Of a DNA stretch of 64,000 bases, positions 38,101-49,233 are shown in pieces. The position numbers and the translations under genes were made by a program. Below the pieces are notes generated by a model. That model saw nothing but the letters and a program-made list of their open reading frames with translations. It ran no database searches and was not told the origin of the DNA. Position 1 is the first letter of the stretch, and each line of letters starts with the position of its first letter. The stretch comes from Ancylonema sp. Lineage: Eukaryota. The DNA lies in the NCBI GenBank assembly GCA_050230475.1, contig JBFLGF010000031.1, positions 1 to 64,000 of the forward strand, written 5' to 3'.

Positions 38101-38555
38101 TTCACGAGGGATGGAATTCTCCATGCCTGCGGAAACCGTATGGCCGCCCAGCTCCCAAAAATGTATTCGACTTCACAGAATATATCTGCAGGTTGTGCGG
38201 CAGTGTGGCCATGCCCGCCGTTTGGAAAGTTCTCCGAAGCTCACAGCTCAGGGTGGTGTCGCCTACTGCGGTAGGCGACACTGGCCTACCGCAGTGGCCA
38301 CCGCGGCCCACTCATGCAGTAGCGAGTAGGGAATTGTTACGACTGTACCGGCTGGTGATCTGGCCGTTAAAAACTCGCCGTCGATTACCCGGAACAATGT
38401 CGGTTTATCGTGGCATAATCGCCGCTGTACGTGAACCAGCGTCAACCGACCAGGGAGTCCAACGAAACCCTTTGGGCTCCGGACTCCTCCGGAGCCGACT
38501 CCATGACCTGGTCCAGGATCGCGGCTCCGAGCTCATTTCAGAGATTCAGAATGAG

Positions 38556-38690
38556 CCAGAGCTCCAGAGCTCCAGAGCCGAGAGCGCAGAGCGCAGAGCC
38601 GAGAGCCCGTACCGCAGAGTCCAGAGCTCCAGAGCTCCAGAGCTCCAGAGTTCCAGACCTCCAGGGCTTCAGAGCTCCAGAGCTCCAGAG
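38556..38690. repeat. 8-bp tandem repeat (CCAGAGCT)n, degenerate
   Basis: Directly visible. Confidence 0.85.
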
Positions 38691-39697
38691 CCGGGAGACC
38701 AGACCTCCGGAGTGCCTTTGTAGCGGAGAGAGGAGAGCTGAGTATGCCAGACTAATATGCACTTAAAATAAATGTGGTAAAATGAGCCACGACCTGATCG
38801 AAGTGGACAAGGCGAAAGAATGCTTACGGAGGGCGGTGCCTTAGGCAGAGTCGTCCAACTTATTAGACAAGGCGCGCGAGTTGCGTGTGAAGTCTACAAA
38901 TCTAGCGGAAGTCTACCAGCTCATCGGCAGGGCGTTACTCAGCAATTCCGATGATGACGAAGCGAGATTTGCATCATTGCTTTCCCTCGGAAAAGCAGTG
39001 TGATTTTGCGCAGCATCAATTTACAATCCCGCCCGCTTGACTTCCAATGATATATCTCAAGTAGGTGGGCTGAAGAACGGAACTGTGAGATGTCTTGCGT
39101 TCATGTACCAAAGGAGAACTGGAAAGCGGCCGGGATTGACTTGATTTTGGACCGCGATTTGATTTTTTTTTTACGAAAATGATATATACACGGGTCTGGC
39201 CCTGATCGATGCTTCGTTGCTGAGCATTAGATAGAGCTCTACTGGGAGTGGGACGTGGAAGGAAATGGTGCAAAGGATGCGTGCATTACCACCTAGAAAG
39301 TGCCTTTGATAGCGACAATAGGATATGTAGGATCAAGTTAGAAAAATTAAGATTGGGTAAGCAAACGAAGAAGCTAGACTCCTCCAATGCCTGGTCTCCG
39401 CTACACCAATTGCGCACAGCTAGCTCGGAGTAATCGGAGTCAAGACAAAAGTACCGTACTATAAAATAAAAAATAATGCACCTCATTTCGGACCTCCGAG
39501 CCAAGCTCCGAGCCCGGAGCACTAGATCTGGGCTCGGAGCTTTCCCGGAGTCCGGCTCGGAGCCCAACGCTTTTTTCATGGATTGTGACTTTGGATTGAA
39601 TCATGGACTCCGAGCCCGAATCTGAGCTCGGATCCGAGCCCGGATGTTACGCTCCGACATGGGCTCCGACGTTTAGCTCAGAGCCGGAGGAAAAAGC

Positions 39698-40554
39698 GAG
39701 CTCGTACTGCCAAAACATTGTTCTTAATGCCAAAGAAGATTCCCCCGACAGGACTTACGGGGGACCGTAAATGCAGCTCGAAAGGACTTGGTGGCTTGTG
39801 GGCCGTCGACCTGTAGTACGGCCTACTTTGTCGAGATTCAGTTGTAGATATTCTAGATCTACGGGCCGCATACAAATGTTTTCCGTCCGCCTGTGCGACG
39901 TGGCCCCTTCAGAAGCCTGTACTGTTGTTCCCAGCCCACGTCCTCGAGATGTAGCAATCGGTGAGCCCACGCCCACCCAACTTCTATGGACTGCGGGCTT
40001 TCAGAGCTCGCAGCCCAGATTGCAGGCAACGGCCCAGCTCGGAGCCCGCAGCCCAGCCTTGCAGCATGCAGTCCGCAGCCCAGCTTTCAGGCCGTTATTT
40101 TGCGCCGCAAGCTGGGCTCCACCGAATCTTCAATTCAGGCATAATTCTTTGAGCTCTGGGCTGCATCCGATTATTTGGGCTGTGGTCTGGGCTGCCAGCT
40201 GCATTCTGCGAGGCTGAGTTGCGGCTGCTATCTCGACTGCGGGCTCCCGCTACCCGCAGCCCATAGAATTTGGGTGGGCTCACCAATCGCTAGATCTCGA
40301 GGACTTGGGCCGGGAATTTGAACAACGGTACAGGCTTTTGAAGGGGCCACGTCGCGCACAGGCGGACAGAAAACATTTGTTTGCGGCCCGTAGATCTAGA
40401 ATATCTACAACTGAATCTCGACAAAGTAGGCCGTACTACAGGTCGACGGCCCACAAGCCACCAAGTCCTTTCGAGCTGTATCTACGGTCCCCCGTAAGTC
40501 CTGTCGGGGGAATCTGCTTTGGCATTAAGAACAATGTTTTGGCAGTAGGAGCTC
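39698..40554. mobile_element. Foldback element with ~320-bp terminal inverted repeats
   Basis: TACTGCCAAAACATTGTTCTTAATGCC... at 39705 is mirrored by ...GGCATTAAGAACAATGTTTTGGCAGTA ending at 40547; arms are near-identical. Confidence 0.85.
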
Positions 40555-41926
40555 CCGAGGAAAAACACCCCTTTGGGCTCCGGGCTCAATGAGCCCGGAT
40601 TTTGGGCTCAGTGGGCTCATTGGGCTCCGGGCTCCCCGCACACTAGACCCACGGCCTCTCCCGATTCGCTTTCTTAAACTACCTTCCTTGGCTGCCACGA
40701 TTTATCCGCATGCATACCCCACCTTTCTTCAAAAATTTGCGATGAATATGTTTCTATGATATTCTTCTCTATGCTATGCGGCAAAGCAAAAAAAAAAGGT
40801 TTTTAATCCAACCTCTTTTGATGTTTGCACGTGCTTTCTTGCCATATTATTGTTTCATATACTGTTTTATATTCTGGCGTCATAATTATTTTTCGTTTTT
40901 TTTTTAGCAAGAGAGTTAGAAATTCAGATCACACAGCGTGTCTCCGCTTTCAATTTGGTTGCAAATTCGCTCAAGTCGGATAACTTGAAGGGCTGTAGAT
41001 GACATAGCCCATAGTGAAAGGTCCGCTGGCAGCATCAGGGTGCAGCAGAGGCCGAATTGAGTGGAAAGGGAGGCTTCCAAACCTCATGCTTCGTTTCCCT
41101 CATGTGGCAATATCGTTACACGCGTGCAGTCCGGGCTATCTGATTATTTTTCATGGCAAGTTGTTAACGACCAAATCACCAGCTGGTACGAGAGTGGCCG
41201 ACTGGGTGCGGATAAGGAAAAGTTGATGGTATAGAGATCGATGACGTCACTACACGTGCGGCTAGTAAGGCAACCTCAAACAAGCTAAGGCCACATGCGG
41301 ACACGTGAGGATAGAGATCCGAACACGTTCCGAACAACATAGAAAGAAAGTGCTAACTACTTGCACCACAACACACATAGCATCACACCACACCACAACT
41401 CACATGCCTAGCGAGACTACAAACATGCAGTTTGGTTTTACTACTCTCCAAGGCACTGGAAGCCGTTGGTCGCCTAGGAGCGCCGTGAGATGGCGACCTA
41501 TTGGGCTAATCGGTAGTCCAGCCAACCTCTAAGCACAGAACAGCGCAGCGGTATCAAACACAGAGCAATGCAAGACACGTGTGAGGCGATGATAGAAGTA
41601 CCGGGAAGTTATCAGAAAAGTTAGGGTACAACGCTACTCCTGGCCCTGTTCTAGTGCAGTGGGTGAGGCACCCCCGCACGTGCGAAATCAGCGGCAACTC
41701 TAAGAGCGTAACGTTTACGATGAAATCTACCCTAAACCAATCAGAGGCCACGGCCACCAATCGTGATCTGACTTGCAAGCCCGTGGTACACGGTGAACAT
41801 GTAACTCCTACAGACACATAAAGTAACGCCCGGCTAAGGCGGAGAGCCACTAACCAATCGGCTATAACGGGGGCGTATCCGCTATAAGCAACCGATTCCT
41901 ACCGCTACGACCTAGTGGGTGCGGAT

Positions 41927-42570
41927 TAGCGTTATGAAATTACGGTATTTTTGGGTTAGGTTGTAGTAATTACGGTGCTTTTACGAATAACGTAAGATTA
42001 CATCTTTTTTTTGGTAAATGACCGACAGGCGAAACGTGAAGTGTAAAACATGGGTAAATTACACTTACCAGTAATGTAGATGATATCCATGGTAAATGGT
42101 AATAACGGTAAGATATTTAAGCACGAATTTACCGTAAATGACGATTGCGAGGACATAACATCGACCTTGAATTGACAAATGACGTTTCGCCAGCCGTCAG
42201 ATTTGATGAGGTTCAAGTCCGTTGAAGCCATTCACGGTATATTATCATCCATGGTAACAGACTACTAACACGGTTTTTAAAACCCCCCCTTTTTTTTTCC
42301 TTTCTTTTTTTCGTTTCCCCCCCCCCCCCCCCCCCCCCCCTTTATATTAAATCAATATTTATATATCCATATTTATATATTTAATATTTATTAATTTATA
42401 TTGCTGAGCTTTACCGGATATTTCGTTTTTAGGAATTTTGGCTCTTGTAACGTGTAATTTACCAATTATGCGTAAAACGAAAAAAAAACAGGTATTTTTA
42501 CGTTTTACGTTACGTAACATCTTACATACGAGTGTAAGTGCAAGGTGTAAACGTAACATTCACAACGCTA
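41927..42570. mobile_element. hAT-type MITE, family 1 (second copy)
   Basis: TIRs TAGCGTTATGAA / TTCACAACGCTA; perfect 8-bp TSD GTGCGGAT. Confidence 0.9.
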
Positions 42571-42579
42571 GTGCGGATA

Positions 42580-43791
42580 TACCGTACTGGGCACCATAGT
42601 TGCACGAACTCCGAACCGTTTCCGAACCGGATCTTAGATGGAACCGGTTCCGACAAAAGTGGCCGCGGTTCGGAACCGCGGGATTTAGGGGTTTCACTTA
42701 AACGGCATTTTGACGGGCTATATGGCTCGGAAAAAATCGGCAAACAGTTTTTTTATGTGTACCACTTCATGGTCTATCCAACAAAAATGTCAAACAAATG
42801 ATGCACATTGTAAAAAAACTCAAAACGATTTTTATCATGAGTGTATCCACCTGCTTTTGGTGCATTTCTCTATTTTGCTCACTTCTTTGCACACTTTCTT
42901 GCTATTTATGTAAAAGTAGTTAGACAACCAGTTTCACTCTTTTTTGAATTATAAAACAAATTCCATTCCACATATTTCTCCTCATTCCCATGCCGTGTTT
43001 TAATTCCATATGAAAATGTTGCGACATGATGTTGTCACCAGTTTTGTATTGCCACTCGACATTTGATTTAACTTTCCATGTCTTTGTTCTTTTCAATCGT
43101 ATGCCCAAAGCAGCGGCACTCCATTTATAACCATTCTCTTCCTACTCAATTCTACTACCTGTCACGTCCCTTGCTTCTCCAAATATTATCATAGTGGAAG
43201 GTCGCGTGCTGTTATCTGCCAACGAAAATGCACCACTTTTTACCATGGCGCGAAATAAAGAAAATAGAAACTAACAATGGCCGCGCCATATGTTTCTGAT
43301 GAAATATTTCATAATTTTAGCGTCTCAGAGTGACGTGGAGTCACCAACATGAACATTTTCAACGATTTATTCCCCCCGCGTACGTTTTTTGGGAGGGAAA
43401 AAATGTTATACCGCGGGAAGGAGTATAACCCTAAAAATATTCCGGTTCGTCCGGTTCCGAAACGGTTCCATCTCGGAACCGGTTCCAAAAAAAAAAAATC
43501 AGCCGGTTCGTGCAACTATGCTGGGCACCGTAAATGATTTCTGTTTTTTTCAAAACGAATTAATTTGTTAATGATTTGTAAGAAAGATTCCGGGAATCCG
43601 GTAGTTATTATTGATGATTTTTAGCAATGATTTTTCTGGTAACGTACATACAAAATTCAAAACAAATCCAATAGTGGTATTAATATCAATGATTTTTGGT
43701 TTATGATTCCGACCTCATAGGTATTAATATAAATGATTGATTTCGGGTTTCAATAATTAATTAAAAATCATTTACGGTGCCCAGTACGGTG
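42580..43791. mobile_element. Tc1/mariner-like MITE interrupted in its left TIR
   Basis: After removing 42595-43528, the TIR ACCGTACTGGGCACCGTAAATGATTT matches the right end. TA on both flanks. Confidence 0.8.
42595..43520. mobile_element. hAT-type MITE, family 2 (second copy, inverted)
   Basis: Same TIRs as 34210-35144; perfect 8-bp TSD CTGGGCAC. Confidence 0.92.
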
Positions 43792-44026
43792 TATGTACGT
43801 TTCTTTAGTCTGCGCGTAACATCTCCCGTAGGGAATTCAGCCCAGTCATGGTGGGGTTGGTAGGGGGTAGGGAGGTAGGAATTGGCTGGAAGAAGCCGAA
43901 TATACGGTAGGGAATCGGTAGGGAATATAATAATTTCCGATTTTTATGGTTTTTCCTAACCCGTAAATCAAAGATGTAGGAAATCCTCTTCAAACCTTCA
44001 TGTGTAAATGACGAGGACGATGACGA

Positions 44027-44060
<34 letters not shown>

Positions 44061-44682
44061 ATTATTATTTTTTCCCCCTATCTATGCCATAGATAGGGAA
44101 AACTTCGGGTGCCATAGATTCTATGGCACCCGACGATTCATAGCTTTTTGGAAAAACATGTATGCTAGAGGACCCAACCGCCACGACAAGTTCCGTAAAG
44201 CGTCAGGTTGCTTGAGTAATTGGAATGGACGCGGGAAAAACTTGTGCTGCAAAAAAAACTTGTGCGGAAGCATCCAGGACACAGTCGCGTCCCAGACCGT
44301 CCGGAGATCTCCGGACGCGTCCGGGCCTGGACCTGTCCCGGACGCGTCCTGGATCCGGACGCCTCTGCCAAAATCTGATATCCATATGTTCGAAACCCCC
44401 AGGTTTATGTACCTTCAGAATGACAACCCTTTTTTTTTTTTGAATTTTAGTTGCATTCCGGACCGTCCGGGGATCTCCGGACGCGTTCGGGACGTGTCCG
44501 GAGCCGGACACGTCCCGGACGCATCCAGGATCCTCGTGTTCGGAACGCAATTATGGTCCATGCCGTCCAAGTCCGTTAAATGTGTAGGTGCCACAATGTC
44601 CGAAAATGATGGGGGGACCCACATGCTAACAATTCTAAACATTTCACAATGTGGTTCTCTTCCCAAAATGTTATGGACTTTC

Positions 44683-47600
44683 TGTGAGTGCTTTCTTCTG
44701 CCATCGATGCAAGAATAAAGCACAATTCCCTCAGACAACTCTTGAATCGACAGATCATGTCATTACAAACGTTGACACCACGTTGACACAACAACAGTGC
44801 AAGTTTGAAGTAGAAAAGTCTGATTACAGAATTCAGCATACAAGCAGACCTAGTACAGTCGATTGTTGCCTGGTCAAAGAATGAAACTACTTCGTCAACT
44901 GCCAATCATATCCAAGCATTCTGCCACATCAACTAGTTCTTATCGACACTTGTGCCAGATGGCCAAGCGTAATCATTGAAACAAGGACATCGGCCTGCAG
45001 CCGGCCTGCAGCCTGCATTTGCTGAAAACGACAAAACTAAATCTAAATTCCCCGTATTGCTAAAATCGATATAACGACAAAAGTTCACAGCCCCTAAAAA
45101 CTAACCCCCCCTCCCTGGGTACTTTTGTATTCCCCCTCCAAAAACGATAACCAAACGATATCGATTTTACAAACACAAGTCGACAAAAAACTCACTAAAT
45201 AAACTGATCAATGAACCATCTACAATTATTTTGCATACACCAACCCCCCAGATCACAATTCTTCTTCAACGCCTTGAGAGACAGTGGTTTTGTCAACATA
45301 TCAGCACCTAGTCTTCATTCTTGTAGACTGATCTTTTTCTTGGACACCCTCTCTCGAATGGAATGATACTTGATCTCGATGTGTTTGGAGCGCTTGTGAA
45401 ATTCAGGATTCTCAGCAAGATTCAAAGAACTCTCATTGTCTCCCAGCAATAGCACACCCCCCCCACCAATACCCCACTCCTTCTGCATCTGGCTCAAATA
45501 AATGGCCTCATGTCCAGCAGCACTCAATGCCAAATACTTACTTTCACAGCTTGAGTGTGTGACTGTTTCCAGGAGACCATTTTTCCAGCTCACAGCAGCT
45601 CCTCCAGTAAGAAAGACGTAGCGAGTTCTCCCCTTCCTAGTGTCGACGTCGTCACCATGACTAGCATCTGAGTAACCGATGACTGGCAAATCACCTTTTT
45701 TCTTATACATCAGCCCCAAATTGACAGTTTCCTTGAGATATCGCAAAACTCTCTTTACCCCCTCCCAATGCTTGTCCCCTGGCTGCTGACTGTATCGACA
45801 CAAGTTAACAACAGCTGCCAGATCAGGTCTTGTTCCAGAAGTGAGATACAACAAACTGCCCATTACAGACTTGTAGCCCACACCCTCTATTCCAGCAGAT
45901 TCAGAAGCAGATTCACAGTTTGCAGAAAATTTTACACCCAGCTCAAGAGGGGTAGCATCATCAGGATACCATTCTGGAACAACTTCTAGATGATCTTCGT
46001 CTTCATCGCCTCCACTAGAATTGCTGACAAGTTCTGGAAGATTTGCACTCTGAGGAATAGGGGATCTCGGTAGCTGTGGCAATAGATTTCCCACAGCATC
46101 AGGGATCTCTTCATCGACGGAATTTGGATCGTTATAGGCAGGTTGCCCACCTCTAGAAATGCCCCCTCCGAGACCAACACTACCCCCTCCTGCTCCTTGA
46201 TCAGCTGCATCCAGATCTGGCCGTGACATTTTTGTTTCTGCAACTGGCTCATGCACTCTTGCCTTCTTGCCAATTTTCTGCCCCCTCCACCAGCTTTGCT
46301 TGACAGATTCATCGAAGTCTGCATGACCAGTGCCAACGTTGTGTGCTTTGTTCGTTGCAGGATCCCAGACTCGGTAGCAAGGACTGTCGGGATTCCATCC
46401 AACTAACACACCAAGCCAAGCCAGCGCACTCATTTTCCCAGCCCGATCTTTTTTCAGACGAGGAGCTGCATCATCTTTGGTGCGAAGTATTTCCACCTAG
46501 GATTTTCGGTTGTATTCATCGACGAGCACCATGTTGTACACTCCTTCCCCTATTGATGCTGGATTGAACGGCCGTGCCAAGTCCACCGACACTCTTCCCA
46601 GGCAGACTTGTTCTCCTTCACCAACTTCTCGTCGAGGATGAGGTTTGTCGTGTGCCTTCCCCAACTTGCACCCTTCACCGTTTTGCAGAACTCCTGAGAT
46701 GCCTCCTTCCTGTCCTCGTACAAGATGTTGTCGTGCCACATTTTTGAGCACTCTCTCATTTGCATGCCCAAGTCTTGTGTGGAGGAGGTTGATTTCGACA
46801 GCAGCTACAACAGCTTCCCCTTCCGTAAGTTGCTGATGTCGAACCGGTGTGCAGATTAGAGTTTTTCGACCTCTCGATGTTTCTTGCAGAGTGCAGACTT
46901 GTTGTCCAGATTTGTTGTAAACTGGAATGATGCCACCAGCTTTTCCACTGCAAGTGTAAGACCACCCTGCTTCTCTGGCTTTCTGACCGCTGAACAAATT
47001 AATGCGCATCCCAGGAATACATATCTTGAGTGTTACTCCTCCACACTCTCCCTCAGTATTCAACTCAATTGTTCCCCACTGCTTCACTCGCACACTTCCG
47101 ACCAGATGATGAATGATGATGACCTCGTGTATGTCTTCGAGGATTTTGAAAAAAGATTTTTCTGTCCACAGGAATGGTGACTGGAACCATCGTCGAAAAG
47201 GAAATCTTTCTCTGCATCATCATCATCTGCAACATTTCCTTTCACAGATTTCAGCGAGGACAGCTTCTCCATGACCACAGCTCTTCTCCTCATCGATTTC
47301 GCCAACAAAAGCTGTTTTTCTCCCAGTGCGTACCCCCTTTCTCTGCATTCGTGGAGCTTCGTTTTTCTTGTCGAAACATGTGAATTTCACATGACCAATG
47401 GCTCCACAATATCTGCATTCTTCGTTTTTCTTGGAGCAGTTTCTGCTGTAGTGACCTGTCTCTCCACAAGTATAGAGGAATGTCCTCCACTTGATCCACT
47501 GCCTCCACCTCTGCCTCCACGACCACCTATGATTCCACGATTATCTGCTGAATACCCCCTGAATGTACCCCTGCCTCCACGATTGTCGATACCACCACCT

Positions 47601-48716
47601 CTGCCTTGGCTTGAAAATTTTTGTTGCGCTGACCACTTAGCATAGTTTGCCTCTACAACTAGTGCCTCAGCATCTTTGATCCTTTTCTTTCTCTTGTCGT
47701 CCAACTCATCTATTCCCATCTGCCCCCAGATCCAGCTGATCTCAGGTGCCTCTTTCTGTCTATAGTAAAGCTTCTTCAACATGCCGTATGTTGTTCTTGA
47801 CATGCCAACAAAACAATGCCATCACCTTATCTTCTGCGCTGACTGGAAATTTTTGATGTACACACTCTCTGATGATCGACAGAGAAGTATTCTTGATTTC
47901 TCTGACTGGCATCTTTTCAGATCTTGAAAGAGTTCGGCTTTTCTTTTGCAATCTGTCGAAGTTCTGGAGACACCTTGTCATACTCCTCTGTCAGATAGTC
48001 CCACCGCATCGCCTTTGGATCTCGTTCAAATTGTTCAAGTGATGTAGCGATGTCGTCACTAACAAATTGCATGAGTAGCATGACTGCCTTCTTTGATCTT
48101 TTAAGGAAGCTTTTGACATCAAGTGTATACTGCTCCATTTTTGCTTCATTTGTTGGCCAGTGTTCATCATCATATCTGGCTGTAACCTCAGTTGGAATAG
48201 TCTTTGTTCCTGCAGATCTCAAGACACTCAGCATCATCAAGAGTAGCTGAGGCCTTAGATCTCCATGTTTGAAAGGTAACTTTATCTCCATCCAGAATGC
48301 AGTACTGTGCTCTGATACCACTGTGAGTGCTTTCTTCTGCCATCGATGCAAGAATAAAGCACAATTCTCTTGAATCGACAGATCACGTCATCACAAACGT
48401 TGACACAACAAAAGTGCAAGTTTGAAGTAGAAAAGTCTGATTACAGAATTCAGCATACAAGTTCAGACCTAGTACAGTCAATTGTTGCCTGATCAAAGAA
48501 TCTACTGGTATCGAAACTACTTCGTCAACTGCCAATCATATCTAAGCATTCTGCCACATCAACTAGTTCTTATCGACTCTTGTGCCAGATGGCCAAGTAA
48601 TCATTGAAACAAGGACATCGGCCTGCAGCCGGCATTTGCTGAATAACGACAAAACTAAAGCTAAATTCCCGGTATTGTTAAAAACGACAAAAGTTCACAG
48701 CCCCTAAAAACTAACA
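44683..48716 (-). mobile_element. Ty1/copia LTR retrotransposon, internally deleted
   Basis: LTRs at 44683-45106 and 48322-48716; 5-bp TSD CTTTC; Met-tRNA PBS TGGTATCAGAGC (48320-48309); PPT next to 45107. Domain order gag-PR-INT-RT-RNase H. Confidence 0.96.
45315..48300 (-). pseudogene. Disrupted copia gag-pol
   Basis: Zinc knuckles (YTCGETGHYSRNC, CRYCGAIGHVKFTC), protease-like FDDGSSHH, LHTRLGH...CKLGK, VDL..P, YRVWDP, GSLLYL..TRPDL, GYSDASH, GDNESS, HKRSKHIEIKYH. Contains stops and frameshifts. Confidence 0.9.
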
Positions 48717-49233
48717 CTTTCATCATATAACAACGACCTTCTCACCACCTACCCTCATCACGAACCTACCCGACCAATCCCGGATCACCTTCCAATCCGA
48801 ATAGGCCCAGATCAAACCGATCCAGATTTGTGTAGGATGGGATGATTCCGGACCCAACAAAGACAACTACATGATGATTTCTTCATAAACAAAAAATGAC
48901 ACCTTAAAGCCATGCCACTTGGTACACGTGATTTCTTGCAAATATCCAAACAACCAAGGGTGGACGAAACAACAATCTGAATTAAACTTTACAGCCTCTC
49001 CACCTTCCCTTATGTTGCACACTTGTTAACTCTGTAAACACGAGAAGGAACTCAAAGGACAATCAATTATTTTTTTGCTCTTCAAACGCAAGTAGTCACA
49101 AGAAGAAAAGAATCCCAAAATTAGAATAGCGAGAGTGCCTCTAAACCGACCGCAGGACGTCCATACTTTGCCCCCACTACTTGCACCGCTACACGACCAA
49201 CTCCCCACAAACCTAGACGCCTTGCACACTGAA

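Larger units (their letters stand above)
36066..40645 (-). mobile_element. Possible decayed hAT element with GAGCCC subterminal repeats
   Basis: GAGCCC/GGGCTC clusters at both ends. Minus-strand fragments ELRWSLLQN (~37250) and SPMFWWTS..L....RFL (~36740) loosely resemble the hAT RW and dimerisation motifs. No TSD found. Confidence 0.3.

Noticed and set aside
34210..43520. 9.3-kb element bounded by ~930-bp inverted repeats
   Set aside because: Each arm has its own TIRs and its own, different 8-bp TSD, so these are two independent MITE insertions.
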